Positions 1-8,921 of a DNA stretch of 37,073 nt are shown here, piece by piece. Each line of letters begins with the position of its first letter. The stretch's first letter is position 1. Made by a program: the position numbers and the translations under genes. The DNA comes from a bacterium (lineage in GTDB: Bacteria > Sysuimicrobiota > Sysuimicrobiia > Sysuimicrobiales > Kaftiobacteriaceae): the NCBI GenBank assembly GCA_035763845.1, contig DASUAK010000036.1:1-37073 (forward strand). The letters are read 5' to 3'. Under the pieces are notes generated by a model. It was not told where the DNA came from. It worked only from the letters and a program-made list of their open reading frames with translations, and ran no database searches.

Positions 1-1176
1 GGTGCGATCGACGGGGTGGCCGAGTCGCTCATCCTCAGCACCTGCAACCGCACCGAGCTGTATCTCGTCAGCCGTATCCGGCCTGATCTCTCCGCCCTGG
101 CGCGCACGCTGGGCCGGCTCCGGTCCGTGTCCCCCGAGGAGTTCCAGCCGTACCTCCGGGTCCTGGAGGGGGACGCCGCGGCGCGTCACGCGCTGCGCGT
201 GGCGGCGGGGCTGGAGTCGCTGATCGTGGGCGAGGCCCAGGTTCTCGGACAGGTGCGCCGCGCCTTCCGGGCGGCTAGGTCGGCGGGGACCACCGGGCCC
301 GTTCTGAACCGGTTGATGCAGGTGGCCATCGCCTGCGGCCGCCGCGTACGCACCGAGACCGATCTCGGCCGGCGGGCGGTCTCGGTCCCGCACGCGGCCG
401 CTGCCGCGGCGCGGCGGGTCGCAGCGCTGCCAGGGCGCCGGCTCGTCGTCGTCGGGGCGGGCGAGATCGCCGGGCTCGCGGCGAAGGTCTTCGCCCACGG
501 CGGCGCCGAGATCGCGGCGGTCGCCAACCGGACCGTGGCGCACGCGGCCGCGCTGGCCGCGCGCTACGGCGCGGACGCCGTCGGTCTGTCCGATCTCCCG
601 CAGGTCTTACGCGACGCGGACATCGCCGTCGTCTCGGTGTCGGCGCCCACGCCCGTAGTGTCGGCGGCGACGCTCGAGGCGTTCTCCCCCGGCCGCGTCC
701 GGCCGCTCCTCATCCTTGACATCAGCGTGCCCCGCGGTGTGGAGCCCGTCGTCGGGACACTGCCCGGGGTGACGCTCTACGATCTCGACGGCCTCGCGCC
801 GGGAGAGAAGGCGGCGGTCCTGCCGGTGCTGCCGGACGCCGCGCCGGAGGTCCGGCAGGCCGCGGACATCGTGGACGAGGCGCTGGAGTCGTTCGTGCGC
901 TGGCTGGCGTCCAGGGCGGCGGTGCCCGTCATCGCGGCGCTGCATCACCGGGCGGAGCGCATCGTGGAGGCGGAGATGGCCCGCGCCGGCTCGCGCCTCA
1001 GCCGCCTCGACGAGCGCGAGCGGCGCGCGGTGCGGGGCGTGGTCGAGGGCGCGCTGCGCAAGCTGCTGCACGCGCCGTTCGTGCGCCTGCGGGCGCGCGC
1101 GGGGGACGACCGCGTGATGGATCTGGCGCGGGAGCTGTTCGATCTCGACGGGGAGGCAGGGCGGCGCGATGAGTGA
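1..1176 (+). CDS. hemA: glutamyl-tRNA reductase (5' partial; N-terminus upstream of the window)
   Basis: Frame 1 is open from base 1 (GAIDGVAESLILSTCNRTELY...), so the ORF-track start at 16 is probably internal. Carries the STCNR active-site Cys motif and a VVVGAGEIAG Rossmann segment. Stop at 1174-1176. First gene of a haem operon. Confidence 0.9.
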   Translation, partial: GAIDGVAESLILSTCNRTELYLVSRIRPDLSALARTLGRLRSVSPEEFQPYLRVLEGDAAARHALRVAAGLESLIVGEAQVLGQVRRAFRAARSAGTTGPVLNRLMQVAIACGRRVRTETDLGRRAVSVPHAAAAAARRVAALPGRRLVVVGAGEIAGLAAKVFAHGGAEIAAVANRTVAHAAALAARYGADAVGLSDLPQVLRDADIAVVSVSAPTPVVSAATLEAFSPGRVRPLLILDISVPRGVEPVVGTLPGVTLYDLDGLAPGEKAAVLPVLPDAAPEVRQAADIVDEALESFVRWLASRAAVPVIAALHHRAERIVEAEMARAGSRLSRLDERERRAVRGVVEGALRKLLHAPFVRLRARAGDDRVMDLARELFDLDGEAGRRDE

Positions 1177-2464
1177 GCGGGTGGCGTCCCGGTCGGAGGC
1201 GACGGTCGCCGGCAGCGCCCGGATCTTCCCGGGCGGGGTGAACAGCCCGGTCCGGGCGTTCCAGGCCGTGGGCGGCCGCCCGGTCGTCGCCGCGGAGGGC
1301 CGGGGCGCGCACGTCACGGACGCCGACGGCCGGACGTACCTCGACTACATCGGCTCGTGGGGCGCCCTCATCCTCGGCCATGCCGCCCCGGAGGTCGTCG
1401 AGGCCGTGGCCGCCGCCGCGGCGCGCGGCACGACATTCGGGATGCCTACGCCGTACGAGCTCGAGCTGGCCGGCTTGATCCAGGAGGCCGTCCCGTCGAT
1501 GGAGCGCATGCGCTTCGTCAGCTCCGGGACGGAGGCGGCGATGAGTGCCGTCCGCACGGCGCGCGGTTTCACGCGCCGTGCGAAGCTCGTCAAGTTCGCG
1601 GGATGCTATCACGGGCACGCGGACTTCCTCCTCGCTCAAGCGGGATCGGGACTGGCGACCTTCGGCCTTCCGGCCAGCGCGGGGGTTACGCCGGGTGCGG
1701 TGGCGGACACGCTCGTGCTCCCATACAACGATCTCGACGCGGTGCGCAGGACGTTCGACGCACACGGTTCTGAGATTGCCGCGGTGATCGTCGAGCCCGT
1801 CGCCGCGAACATGGGCGTCGTCCCGCCGGCGCGGGGATTCCTGCCCGGGCTCCGCGACCTGACGCGTGAGGCCGGGGCGCTGCTGATCTTTGACGAGGTC
1901 ATCACCGGGTTCCGCGTGCACCGCGGCGGCGCGCAGGCGCGCTACGGGGTGACACCGGACCTGACGTGCCTGGGGAAGATCGCCGGCGGCGGGATGCCGC
2001 TCGCCGCGTACGGGGGGCGGCGCGAGGTGATGGAGGTCCTCTCACCCCTGGGCCCCGTCTACCAGGCCGGCACGCTGTCGGGGAACCCCGTCGCCGTCGC
2101 CGCGGGCGCGGCGGCGCTTCGGGCGCTGGCCGCCCCCGGCGTCTACGAGGCGCTCGAGACACGCGCCGCGCAGCTGGAAGCGGGGCTGCGGGATGCCGCC
2201 GCGGCCGCGGAGGCGGTCTGCTCCATGACGCGGGTCGCTTCGCTGCTCACCGTGTTCTTCACCCCGGAGCCGCCCTCCGACTACGCGCAGGCGTCGAGGG
2301 CGGACACCGCGGCGTTCGCACGCTTCTTCCGCGTGATGCTGGAGCGGGGGATCCTGCTCCCACCCTCGCAGTTCGAGGCCTGGTTCGTCTCGCTGGCCCA
2401 CACGGGTGAGGACATCGAGCGGACCGCCGCCGCGGCGCGCGAGGCCTTCCGGGCGGCGGCGTGA
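1169..2464 (+). CDS. hemL: glutamate-1-semialdehyde 2,1-aminomutase
   Basis: 431 aa. GGVNSPVRAF near the N-terminus and the PLP-lysine context LGKIAGGGMPLAAYGG are typical of HemL. Overlaps the hemA stop by 8 nt. Confidence 0.95.
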   Translation: MSERVASRSEATVAGSARIFPGGVNSPVRAFQAVGGRPVVAAEGRGAHVTDADGRTYLDYIGSWGALILGHAAPEVVEAVAAAAARGTTFGMPTPYELELAGLIQEAVPSMERMRFVSSGTEAAMSAVRTARGFTRRAKLVKFAGCYHGHADFLLAQAGSGLATFGLPASAGVTPGAVADTLVLPYNDLDAVRRTFDAHGSEIAAVIVEPVAANMGVVPPARGFLPGLRDLTREAGALLIFDEVITGFRVHRGGAQARYGVTPDLTCLGKIAGGGMPLAAYGGRREVMEVLSPLGPVYQAGTLSGNPVAVAAGAAALRALAAPGVYEALETRAAQLEAGLRDAAAAAEAVCSMTRVASLLTVFFTPEPPSDYAQASRADTAAFARFFRVMLERGILLPPSQFEAWFVSLAHTGEDIERTAAAAREAFRAAA

Positions 2465-3393
2465 CGGCGAGCCGGGTCCGCATCGGGACGCGGGGCAGCA
2501 CCCTCGCGCTCGCGCAGACGGAGACCGTCGCCGCCGCGCTGCGGGCGGCGCACCCGCAGGTGGAGATCGCGATCGAGACGATCCGCACCGGCGCCGACCG
2601 GCGGCCGGACGTGCCGTTCGAGGCGCTGCCGGGGATCGGCTTCTTCGTGAAGGAGCTCGAGGTGGCGCTGCTGGAGGGACGGATCGACGCGGCCGTGCAC
2701 AGCATGAAAGATCTGCCGACCGTGGCCACGGAGGGGCTGATCGTGTGCGCCGTTCCGGCGCGCGAGGATCCCCGCGACGCGCTGGTCGCGCGCGCGGGGC
2801 TTACCCTCGCCTCGCTGCCCCCCGGAGCGCGGGTCGGCACGAGCAGCCCGCGGCGCGCCGCCTTCCTGCGGGCGCACCGGTCCGACCTCCAGGTCGTGCC
2901 GATCCGGGGCAACGTCGAGACACGGCTCCGCAAGGTGGACGCCGGTGAGCTTGACGCGGTGTGTGTGGCGGGAGCAGGACTCCGCCGGCTCGGGCTGGCG
3001 CCGCGCGTCAGTGAATGGCTTCCGGTCGAGGTGATGCTGCCCGCCCCCGGCCAGGGAGCGCTCGGGATCCAGGTGCGCGCTCAGGACGGCGCAGCCCAGG
3101 CCGTCGTGGCCGCCGCAGGCGACGTGCCCACCTTCCAGGCGGTCACCGCCGAGCGGGCGTTTCTCACCTGCCTTCAGGGCGGCTGCCGTCTGCCCGCCGG
3201 TGCGTACGCGCGCCACACGGATGGCGGGCTGCATGTGCTGGGTGCGGTTGTCGCTCCGGACGGGGAACGCGCCGTCCGCGGCGAGCGGTCCGGCCCGGCC
3301 GGTCAGGCCGAGGCGATGGGCCGGATGCTGGCCGAGGAGCTGCTCGAGCGCGGCGCCGCGGACCTCATGCCGGCGGGCGGAGTGGTCCCGTGA
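2461..3393 (+). CDS. hemC: hydroxymethylbilane synthase (porphobilinogen deaminase)
   Basis: 310 aa. RIGTRGSTLALAQTE N-terminus and the cofactor-Cys context LQGGCRLPAGAYA. GTGA overlap with hemL. Confidence 0.95.
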   Translation: MTASRVRIGTRGSTLALAQTETVAAALRAAHPQVEIAIETIRTGADRRPDVPFEALPGIGFFVKELEVALLEGRIDAAVHSMKDLPTVATEGLIVCAVPAREDPRDALVARAGLTLASLPPGARVGTSSPRRAAFLRAHRSDLQVVPIRGNVETRLRKVDAGELDAVCVAGAGLRRLGLAPRVSEWLPVEVMLPAPGQGALGIQVRAQDGAAQAVVAAAGDVPTFQAVTAERAFLTCLQGGCRLPAGAYARHTDGGLHVLGAVVAPDGERAVRGERSGPAGQAEAMGRMLAEELLERGAADLMPAGGVVP

Positions 3394-4169
3394 GCGCCCC
3401 CCGCGTCATCGTCACGCGCCCGGAGGGACAGAACGGCGAGCTGGCCGCCGGCCTGCGTGCGATCGGTTGGGAGGCGGTGGAGGTGCCGGCGATCGGCATC
3501 GAGCCGCCCGAGTCCTACGACGCGCTCGACCGTGCGCTCGCCGGCCTTGACCGATTCGATTGGGTGCTGCTGACGAGCCGGAATGCCGTCGCGGCGATGT
3601 TCGATCGGCTCGCCGTCGTTGCCCCGGGAGTCTCGATGCCGCGACTTCGCTTCGCTGCGATCGGCCCCGGCACGGCGGAGGCGCTGGGCGCCCGCGGCGT
3701 CGCGCCGGTGTGGATCCCCTCGCGCTACCTCAGCGAAGCCGTCGCCGGCGAGCTGCCTGCGACCGCGGGGCAGCGCGTGCTCCGCCTGCGCGCGGAGGTC
3801 GCCTCGGATGCCCCGGCCGTGGAGCTGCCCCGGCGCGGGGTGGAGGTCGTGGAGGCCGTCGCCTACCGTACCGTCGAGGGCCCCGCCGCTTCGCGCGAGC
3901 GACTGCGCCGGGCGGTGGAGCAGGGCGTGGAGGCGGTGATCTTCACGAGCGCCTCGACCGTCCGCGGGCTGGTCCGTCTGGCCGGCGAAAGCGGGTGCGC
4001 GGAGGCGCTGCGTTCGCTGCTGCTCGTGGCCATCGGCCCGGTCACGGCCCGGGCGCTCGAGGAGGCGGGGCTGCGGGCCGGCCTCGTCGCCGCCGTGCAC
4101 ACGATCGAGGGCATCGTCGCTTCGCTGGCCGAGAGGAGGAACGTCCGTGCTGGCTTCCCGAGTCGGTAG
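3390..4169 (+). CDS. hemD: uroporphyrinogen-III synthase
   Basis: Taken from the in-frame GTG at 3390, which forms a GTGA overlap with the hemC stop. [19 protein letters not shown]... is HemD-like (VTRP start, duplicated flavodoxin-like halves, AIGPxTA repeated). The 384-aa ORF-track version (from 3015) is an Arg/Gly-rich extension overlapping hemC. Confidence 0.8.
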   Translation: MSAPRVIVTRPEGQNGELAAGLRAIGWEAVEVPAIGIEPPESYDALDRALAGLDRFDWVLLTSRNAVAAMFDRLAVVAPGVSMPRLRFAAIGPGTAEALGARGVAPVWIPSRYLSEAVAGELPATAGQRVLRLRAEVASDAPAVELPRRGVEVVEAVAYRTVEGPAASRERLRRAVEQGVEAVIFTSASTVRGLVRLAGESGCAEALRSLLLVAIGPVTARALEEAGLRAGLVAAVHTIEGIVASLAERRNVRAGFPSR

Positions 4170-5142
4170 TCCGCCGCGGTCACGCCCCCGGCGCCTGCGC
4201 CGGACGCAGACGCTGCGCGGCCTGGCGCGCGAGACGCGCCTGCATCCCGAGATGTTCATCTATCCTCTGTTCGTGCGTCCCGGACGCGGCGTGCGGGAGC
4301 CCATCCCGTCGATGCCCGGACAATCGCGCGTGTCCGTGGACGAGCTGTCGCGCGAGGCCGACGACCTGGGCGGGCTGGGCATCCCGGCCGTGCTGCTCTT
4401 CGGACTGCCGGAGGCCAAGGATCCCGAAGGCACCGGGGCGTACGACGACGACGGCATCGTCCAGCGCGCCGCGCGCGCCCTGGCGCGCAGCCACCCCGAG
4501 CTGCTTGTTATCGCCGACGTCTGCCTGTGCGAGTACACCTCGCACGGCCACTGCGGTGTCCTCGACGGGGGGCAGGTGGACAACGACGCGACGCTGGAGC
4601 TGCTGGCGCGGACGGCCGTCTCCCAGGCCGCCTCGGGCGCCGGGATCGTGGCGCCCAGCGCGATGATGGACGGGCAGGTGGCCGCGATCCGCGCGTCGCT
4701 GGACGAGGCCGGCTTCGCGTCGACCGCGGTCATGGGCTATTCGGCGAAGTTCGCCTCCGCCTTCTACGGGCCGTTCCGGGACGCGGCCGGGTCCGCCCCG
4801 CAGTTCGGGGACCGGCGCGGCTACCAGATGGATCCGCCCAACGCGCGCGAGGCGCTGCGCGAGATCGCCCTCGACCTGGCCGAGGGAGCCGACGCCGTGA
4901 TGGTCAAGCCCGCGCTGGCCTATCTGGACATCATCCGCGCGGCGCGGCCGGACGTGCCGGTGCCGCTCGCGGCCTACAACGTCAGCGGCGAGTACGCGAT
5001 GGTCAAGGCCGCCTCGGCGGCGGGCTGGCTGGACGAGCGCGCCGCGGTGCTCGAGATCCTCACCGCGCTGCACCGCGCGGGAGCGGACCTGCTCATCACC
5101 TATCATGCGAAGGAGGCCGCGGGATGGCTGACGGCGCGGTGA
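4147..5142 (+). CDS. hemB: porphobilinogen synthase (delta-aminolevulinate dehydratase), Zn-type
   Basis: 331 aa. Motifs RPRRLR...FIYPLFV, the Cys-rich metal site [14 protein letters not shown], and the Schiff-base lysine context VMVKPA. Confidence 0.95.
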   Translation: MLASRVGSPPRSRPRRLRRTQTLRGLARETRLHPEMFIYPLFVRPGRGVREPIPSMPGQSRVSVDELSREADDLGGLGIPAVLLFGLPEAKDPEGTGAYDDDGIVQRAARALARSHPELLVIADVCLCEYTSHGHCGVLDGGQVDNDATLELLARTAVSQAASGAGIVAPSAMMDGQVAAIRASLDEAGFASTAVMGYSAKFASAFYGPFRDAAGSAPQFGDRRGYQMDPPNAREALREIALDLAEGADAVMVKPALAYLDIIRAARPDVPVPLAAYNVSGEYAMVKAASAAGWLDERAAVLEILTALHRAGADLLITYHAKEAAGWLTAR

Positions 5143-5810
5143 GCGAGCAGTCGGTGCTGCAGATCCTGGCGCTGCGCATCGACCCCGTGTGGCGGCGCCT
5201 GGGCGCGGAGGAGCGCGCCGTCGACCGCGACGCCTTCGCCCGGGCGATCCGGCAGACGGGCGCCGTCACGACGCTCGTCTATTCGACGGTCGGGCTGCGC
5301 GCGGACGCCGATCTCGTCCTGGTGCGCACGGCCGCCGCCCTGGACGATCTGGAGGAGAACGCCGCCCGGCTGCTGCGCAGCGGGATGGGGCGGTTCGCCT
5401 CGGCCTCCCACGCCTTCACCGGCCTCATCCGCTCGTCCCGGTACGTGAAGAAGCCGGGGGCGCAGGAGCAGGCGCTGATCAGCGGCGAGCGCGCCCGCTA
5501 CCTGATCGTCTATCCGTTCACCAAGACCACGGAGTGGTATCTGCTGGGGCGCGAAGCCCGGCAGGGGATGATGAACGAGCATATCCGGATCGGCCACGAC
5601 TTTCCCCAGGTGCGCCAGCTCCTGGCCTACTCCACCGGTCTGGACGACCAGGAGTTCATCGTGGCCTATGAGACCGACGATCTCCCCGCGTTTCAGGACC
5701 TGGTCACGGCGCTGCGCGAGACCGACGCGCGGCCGTACACGCTGCGGGACCAGCCCATCCTCACCGCCATCTACCGACCGCTCGATGAAGCGCTGGATCT
5801 GCTGGGGTGA
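5124..5810 (+). CDS. hemQ: coproheme decarboxylase (HemQ/ChdC, chlorite-dismutase-like family)
   Basis: Internal ATG at 5124 in the 4527..5810 frame. [17 protein letters not shown]...[16 protein letters not shown]...[10 protein letters not shown] matches the HemQ/Cld-like fold pattern. About 228 aa. Sits inside the haem operon with hemH and hemY. The exact start is uncertain (a GTG at 5139 is also possible). Confidence 0.85.
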   Translation: MADGAVSEQSVLQILALRIDPVWRRLGAEERAVDRDAFARAIRQTGAVTTLVYSTVGLRADADLVLVRTAAALDDLEENAARLLRSGMGRFASASHAFTGLIRSSRYVKKPGAQEQALISGERARYLIVYPFTKTTEWYLLGREARQGMMNEHIRIGHDFPQVRQLLAYSTGLDDQEFIVAYETDDLPAFQDLVTALRETDARPYTLRDQPILTAIYRPLDEALDLLG

Positions 5811-6943
5811 CGCGAGGTGACGCGATGCAGACGATGAGACCCACGGTGGCCGCCGGCGGCGGATACCGCTTCGACCGGGCGCCGCGCATGATCTATTGGG
5901 AGATGACGCGGGCCTGCGCCCTGGCCTGCCGGCACTGCCGCGCCGAGGCGATCCCGCTGCGCGATCCGCTCGAGCTGCGCACGGACGAGGCGCTGCGCAT
6001 GCTGGCGCAGCTGCGCGCGTTCGGCGATCCGGTGCCGCACCTGGTGTGCACCGGCGGAGATCCGCTGCAGCGGCCGGACCTCCTCGAGATCGTGCGGGAG
6101 GGCACGCGGATCGGGCTCCCTGTCTCGCTCGCGCCCAGCGCGACCGCGAACCTCACGCGCGAGATCATTGAGGCGCTGCGGGACGCCGGGATGCAGAGCA
6201 TGTCCCTGAGCGTCGACGGCTCCACCGCCGCGCGCCACGATGACTTCCGCGGCGTCGAGGGGACGTACGACACGACGATCCAGGCCGCGCGGTGGGCCCG
6301 CGAGGCGGGGGTCCCCCTGCAGCTCAACACCCTCGTCACCGGCGATTCGATCGAGGACCTCCCGGCCATGTACCATCTGGCCCGGACGCTGGACATCATG
6401 CGTTGGAGCCTGTTCTTTCTCGTGGCGGTTGGAAGGGGAACCACTCTTCCGGAGCTCATGCCGCTCGAGGCAGAGAGTGTCATGCAGTGGCTGGCGGAGC
6501 GCTCGATGGAGGCGCCGTTCGCCATCGCAGCCACGGAGGCCCCACACTTTCGCCGGGTTGCCATTGGGCTGATGCACGACCGCCGGATGGCCGGCGGGGC
6601 CATCCGGCGAACGCCCATCGGCCGCGGCTTCGGCATCCGCGACGGCAACGGCGTGATGTTCATCTCGCACCGCGGGGAGGTCACCCCGGCGGGGTTCCTC
6701 GGCGTCGTCACCGGCAGCGTGCGCGAGCGGTCACCGGTGGAGCTGTACCGGACGCACGAGGTCTTCGTCGCGCTGCGCGATCCGGCGCGCCTGCGGGGCA
6801 AGTGCGGCCGCTGCGAGTTCCGGGAGCTGTGCGGCGGCTCGCGGGCGCGCGCCTTCGCGCGGACCGGAGACTACCTCGAGAGCGATCCGCTCTGCGCCTA
6901 CGAGCCGGGGGGACAGACGCCGGCGGTGGAGCTGCAGGCATGA
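5807..6943 (+). CDS. radical SAM/SPASM-domain protein, AhbD/NirJ-like (function in haem metabolism inferred)
   Basis: CALACRHC (CxxxCxxC) radical SAM cluster motif in YWEMTRACALACRHC. GGDPLQRPD motif and RWSLFFLVAVGRG. C-terminal SPASM-type Cys cluster CGRCEFRELCGGSRARAF...DPLCAY. Alternative start at ATG 5825, preceded by GAGGTGA. Confidence 0.8.
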   Translation: MTRGDAMQTMRPTVAAGGGYRFDRAPRMIYWEMTRACALACRHCRAEAIPLRDPLELRTDEALRMLAQLRAFGDPVPHLVCTGGDPLQRPDLLEIVREGTRIGLPVSLAPSATANLTREIIEALRDAGMQSMSLSVDGSTAARHDDFRGVEGTYDTTIQAARWAREAGVPLQLNTLVTGDSIEDLPAMYHLARTLDIMRWSLFFLVAVGRGTTLPELMPLEAESVMQWLAERSMEAPFAIAATEAPHFRRVAIGLMHDRRMAGGAIRRTPIGRGFGIRDGNGVMFISHRGEVTPAGFLGVVTGSVRERSPVELYRTHEVFVALRDPARLRGKCGRCEFRELCGGSRARAFARTGDYLESDPLCAYEPGGQTPAVELQA

Positions 6944-7974
6944 GTCGCTTCCTGCGGGCCTGCCGCCGCGAGCCGGTCGACCGGACACCGGTATGGTTCA
7001 TGCGCCAGGCCGGACGCTCTCAGCCCGAGTATCGCGCGCTGCGCGAGCGTTACACGCTGCTCGAGATCTGCGCCCGCAGCGATCTCGTGGCGGAGGTTAC
7101 CCTGCGTCCGGTCGAGCAGCTCGGCGTGGACGCGGCCATCCTCTTCGCCGACATCACGGTCCCGCTGCTGGGGATGGGGGTGGCGTTCGAGCTGCACGAC
7201 GGGACCGGCCCGCGCATCCACCGCCCCGTGCGGGCGCAGGCAGACGTCGCCGCCCTGCGGCCGTTCGAGCCCGAGGCCACGATCGACGCACTGCTCGGCG
7301 GGGTCGCTCTGGTCCGCCGCGCGAGCCCCGTGCCCCTGATCGGCTTCGCGGGCGCGCCGTTCACCCTGGGGAGCTATCTCATCGAAGGCGGACCGTCGCG
7401 GGAGTTCCTCCAGACGAAGGCGATGATGCGGGGATCCCCGGCGCTGTGGCAGGCGCTGATGGAGCGCCTCACCGAGGCGACCATCGCGTATCTCAGCAGG
7501 CAGGTCGCCGCGGGCGTGCAGGCCGTCCAGCTGTTCGACAGCTGGGTAGGGTGCCTGAGTCCGGCCGATTACCGCGCGTCGGTCGCGCCGTATATGCGCC
7601 GTATCTTCGCCTCGCTGCGTCCCCTGGGCGTGCCGGCCATCCACTTCGGCACCGGCACCGCGGGGCTGCTGCGGGAGATGGCGGAGGCGGGGGGGGATGT
7701 CATCGGCGTGGACTGGCGCGTCGGCCTGGCCGAGGCCTGGGCGCAGATCGGCGACCGCGCCATCCAGGGCAATCTCGATCCGTCGGCGCTCCTGGGGCCC
7801 TCCGGCGTCGTACGCTCGCAGGCCGCCGCCGTCCTGGCGCAGGCCGCGGGACGCGCGGGCCACATCTTCAACCTCGGCCACGGGGTTCTCCCCGACACGC
7901 CGCAAGACCACCTGCACGGGCTCGTCGAGTTCGTGCACAACTACCGGCACGAGGCCGCGGAGGTGCGGGCGTGA
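6940..7974 (+). CDS. hemE: uroporphyrinogen decarboxylase
   Basis: ATG at 6940 forms an ATGA overlap with the upstream stop. MSRFLRACRREPVDRTPVWFMRQAGRSQPEYR is the canonical HemE N-terminus. The ORF-track start at 6292 is a spurious extension. Confidence 0.95.
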   Translation: MSRFLRACRREPVDRTPVWFMRQAGRSQPEYRALRERYTLLEICARSDLVAEVTLRPVEQLGVDAAILFADITVPLLGMGVAFELHDGTGPRIHRPVRAQADVAALRPFEPEATIDALLGGVALVRRASPVPLIGFAGAPFTLGSYLIEGGPSREFLQTKAMMRGSPALWQALMERLTEATIAYLSRQVAAGVQAVQLFDSWVGCLSPADYRASVAPYMRRIFASLRPLGVPAIHFGTGTAGLLREMAEAGGDVIGVDWRVGLAEAWAQIGDRAIQGNLDPSALLGPSGVVRSQAAAVLAQAAGRAGHIFNLGHGVLPDTPQDHLHGLVEFVHNYRHEAAEVRA

Positions 7975-8921
7975 CCGGACGCGGCGTGCTGCTCACCGCC
8001 TACGGCAGTCCGGCCACGCTGGACGACGTCGGATCCTACTTCACCCACATCCGCGGCGGGCGCGCTCCCTCGGCGGAGCAGGTCGAGGAGCTGCGGGAGC
8101 GGTACCGCCGCATCGGGGGCACCTCGCCGCTGCGGGCGGTCACCGCGGCGCAGGCGGACGGCCTCCGCCGCGAGCTGGCCCGGCGCGGGATGGCCCTTCC
8201 CGTCTACGTCGGGATGAAGCACGCGAGTCCATTCATCGCCGACGCGGTCGCCGCGATGGCCCGGGACGGCGTGCGCGAGGGCGTCGTGCTGGCGCTGGCC
8301 CCCCACTACTCGCGGATGAGCATCGCCTCCTACTTCTCGACCGCCGCGGAGGCGGCGTCCGCGCACGGCATCCGGCTGCGCGCGATCGAGTCCTGGCACG
8401 ATCACCCGGGGTTCATCGCCGCGCTGGCGGCGCGGGTGCGGGACGCCCTGGCTCGCTTCGCCGATCCGTCCGCCGTCGAGGTGATCTTCACCGCCCACAG
8501 CCTGCCGGAGCGCATCCTGACCTGGAACGATCCCTATCCCGCTCAGCTGCGTGTCACCGCGGAGCTCGCCGCGCGCGCGGCGAGTGCCGGAACGTGGCGG
8601 TTCGCCTACCAGAGCGCATCGCACACCGGCGAGAAGTGGCTCGGCCCCGATCTGCTCGAGGCGCTGCGCGAGATCGCGCGCTCCGGGCGCCGCGATCTCG
8701 TCGTCTGTCCCATCGGCTTCGTCGCCGACCATCTGGAGGTGCTCTTCGACATCGAGGTCGAGGCCAAGGAGACGGCCTCGGAGCTGGGCCTCCGCCTCGA
8801 GCGCGCCCCGTCCCTGAACGACGGGCCGGACTTCATCGCCGCGCTCGCCGATATCGTGGCCTCGGCGGCGCAGACGGCCGCCGAGCCGCGCGCCGGCGCC
8901 CGCGCGGAGGGACGGTCGTGA
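7971..8921 (+). CDS. hemH: ferrochelatase (coproporphyrin ferrochelatase type, HemH/CpfC)
   Basis: GTG at 7971 forms a GTGA overlap with hemE. GVLLTAYGSPATLDDVGSYFTHIRGG..., FTAHSLPERI and GFVADHLEVLFDIE are ferrochelatase motifs. About 316 aa. Confidence 0.9.
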   Translation: MTGRGVLLTAYGSPATLDDVGSYFTHIRGGRAPSAEQVEELRERYRRIGGTSPLRAVTAAQADGLRRELARRGMALPVYVGMKHASPFIADAVAAMARDGVREGVVLALAPHYSRMSIASYFSTAAEAASAHGIRLRAIESWHDHPGFIAALAARVRDALARFADPSAVEVIFTAHSLPERILTWNDPYPAQLRVTAELAARAASAGTWRFAYQSASHTGEKWLGPDLLEALREIARSGRRDLVVCPIGFVADHLEVLFDIEVEAKETASELGLRLERAPSLNDGPDFIAALADIVASAAQTAAEPRAGARAEGRS

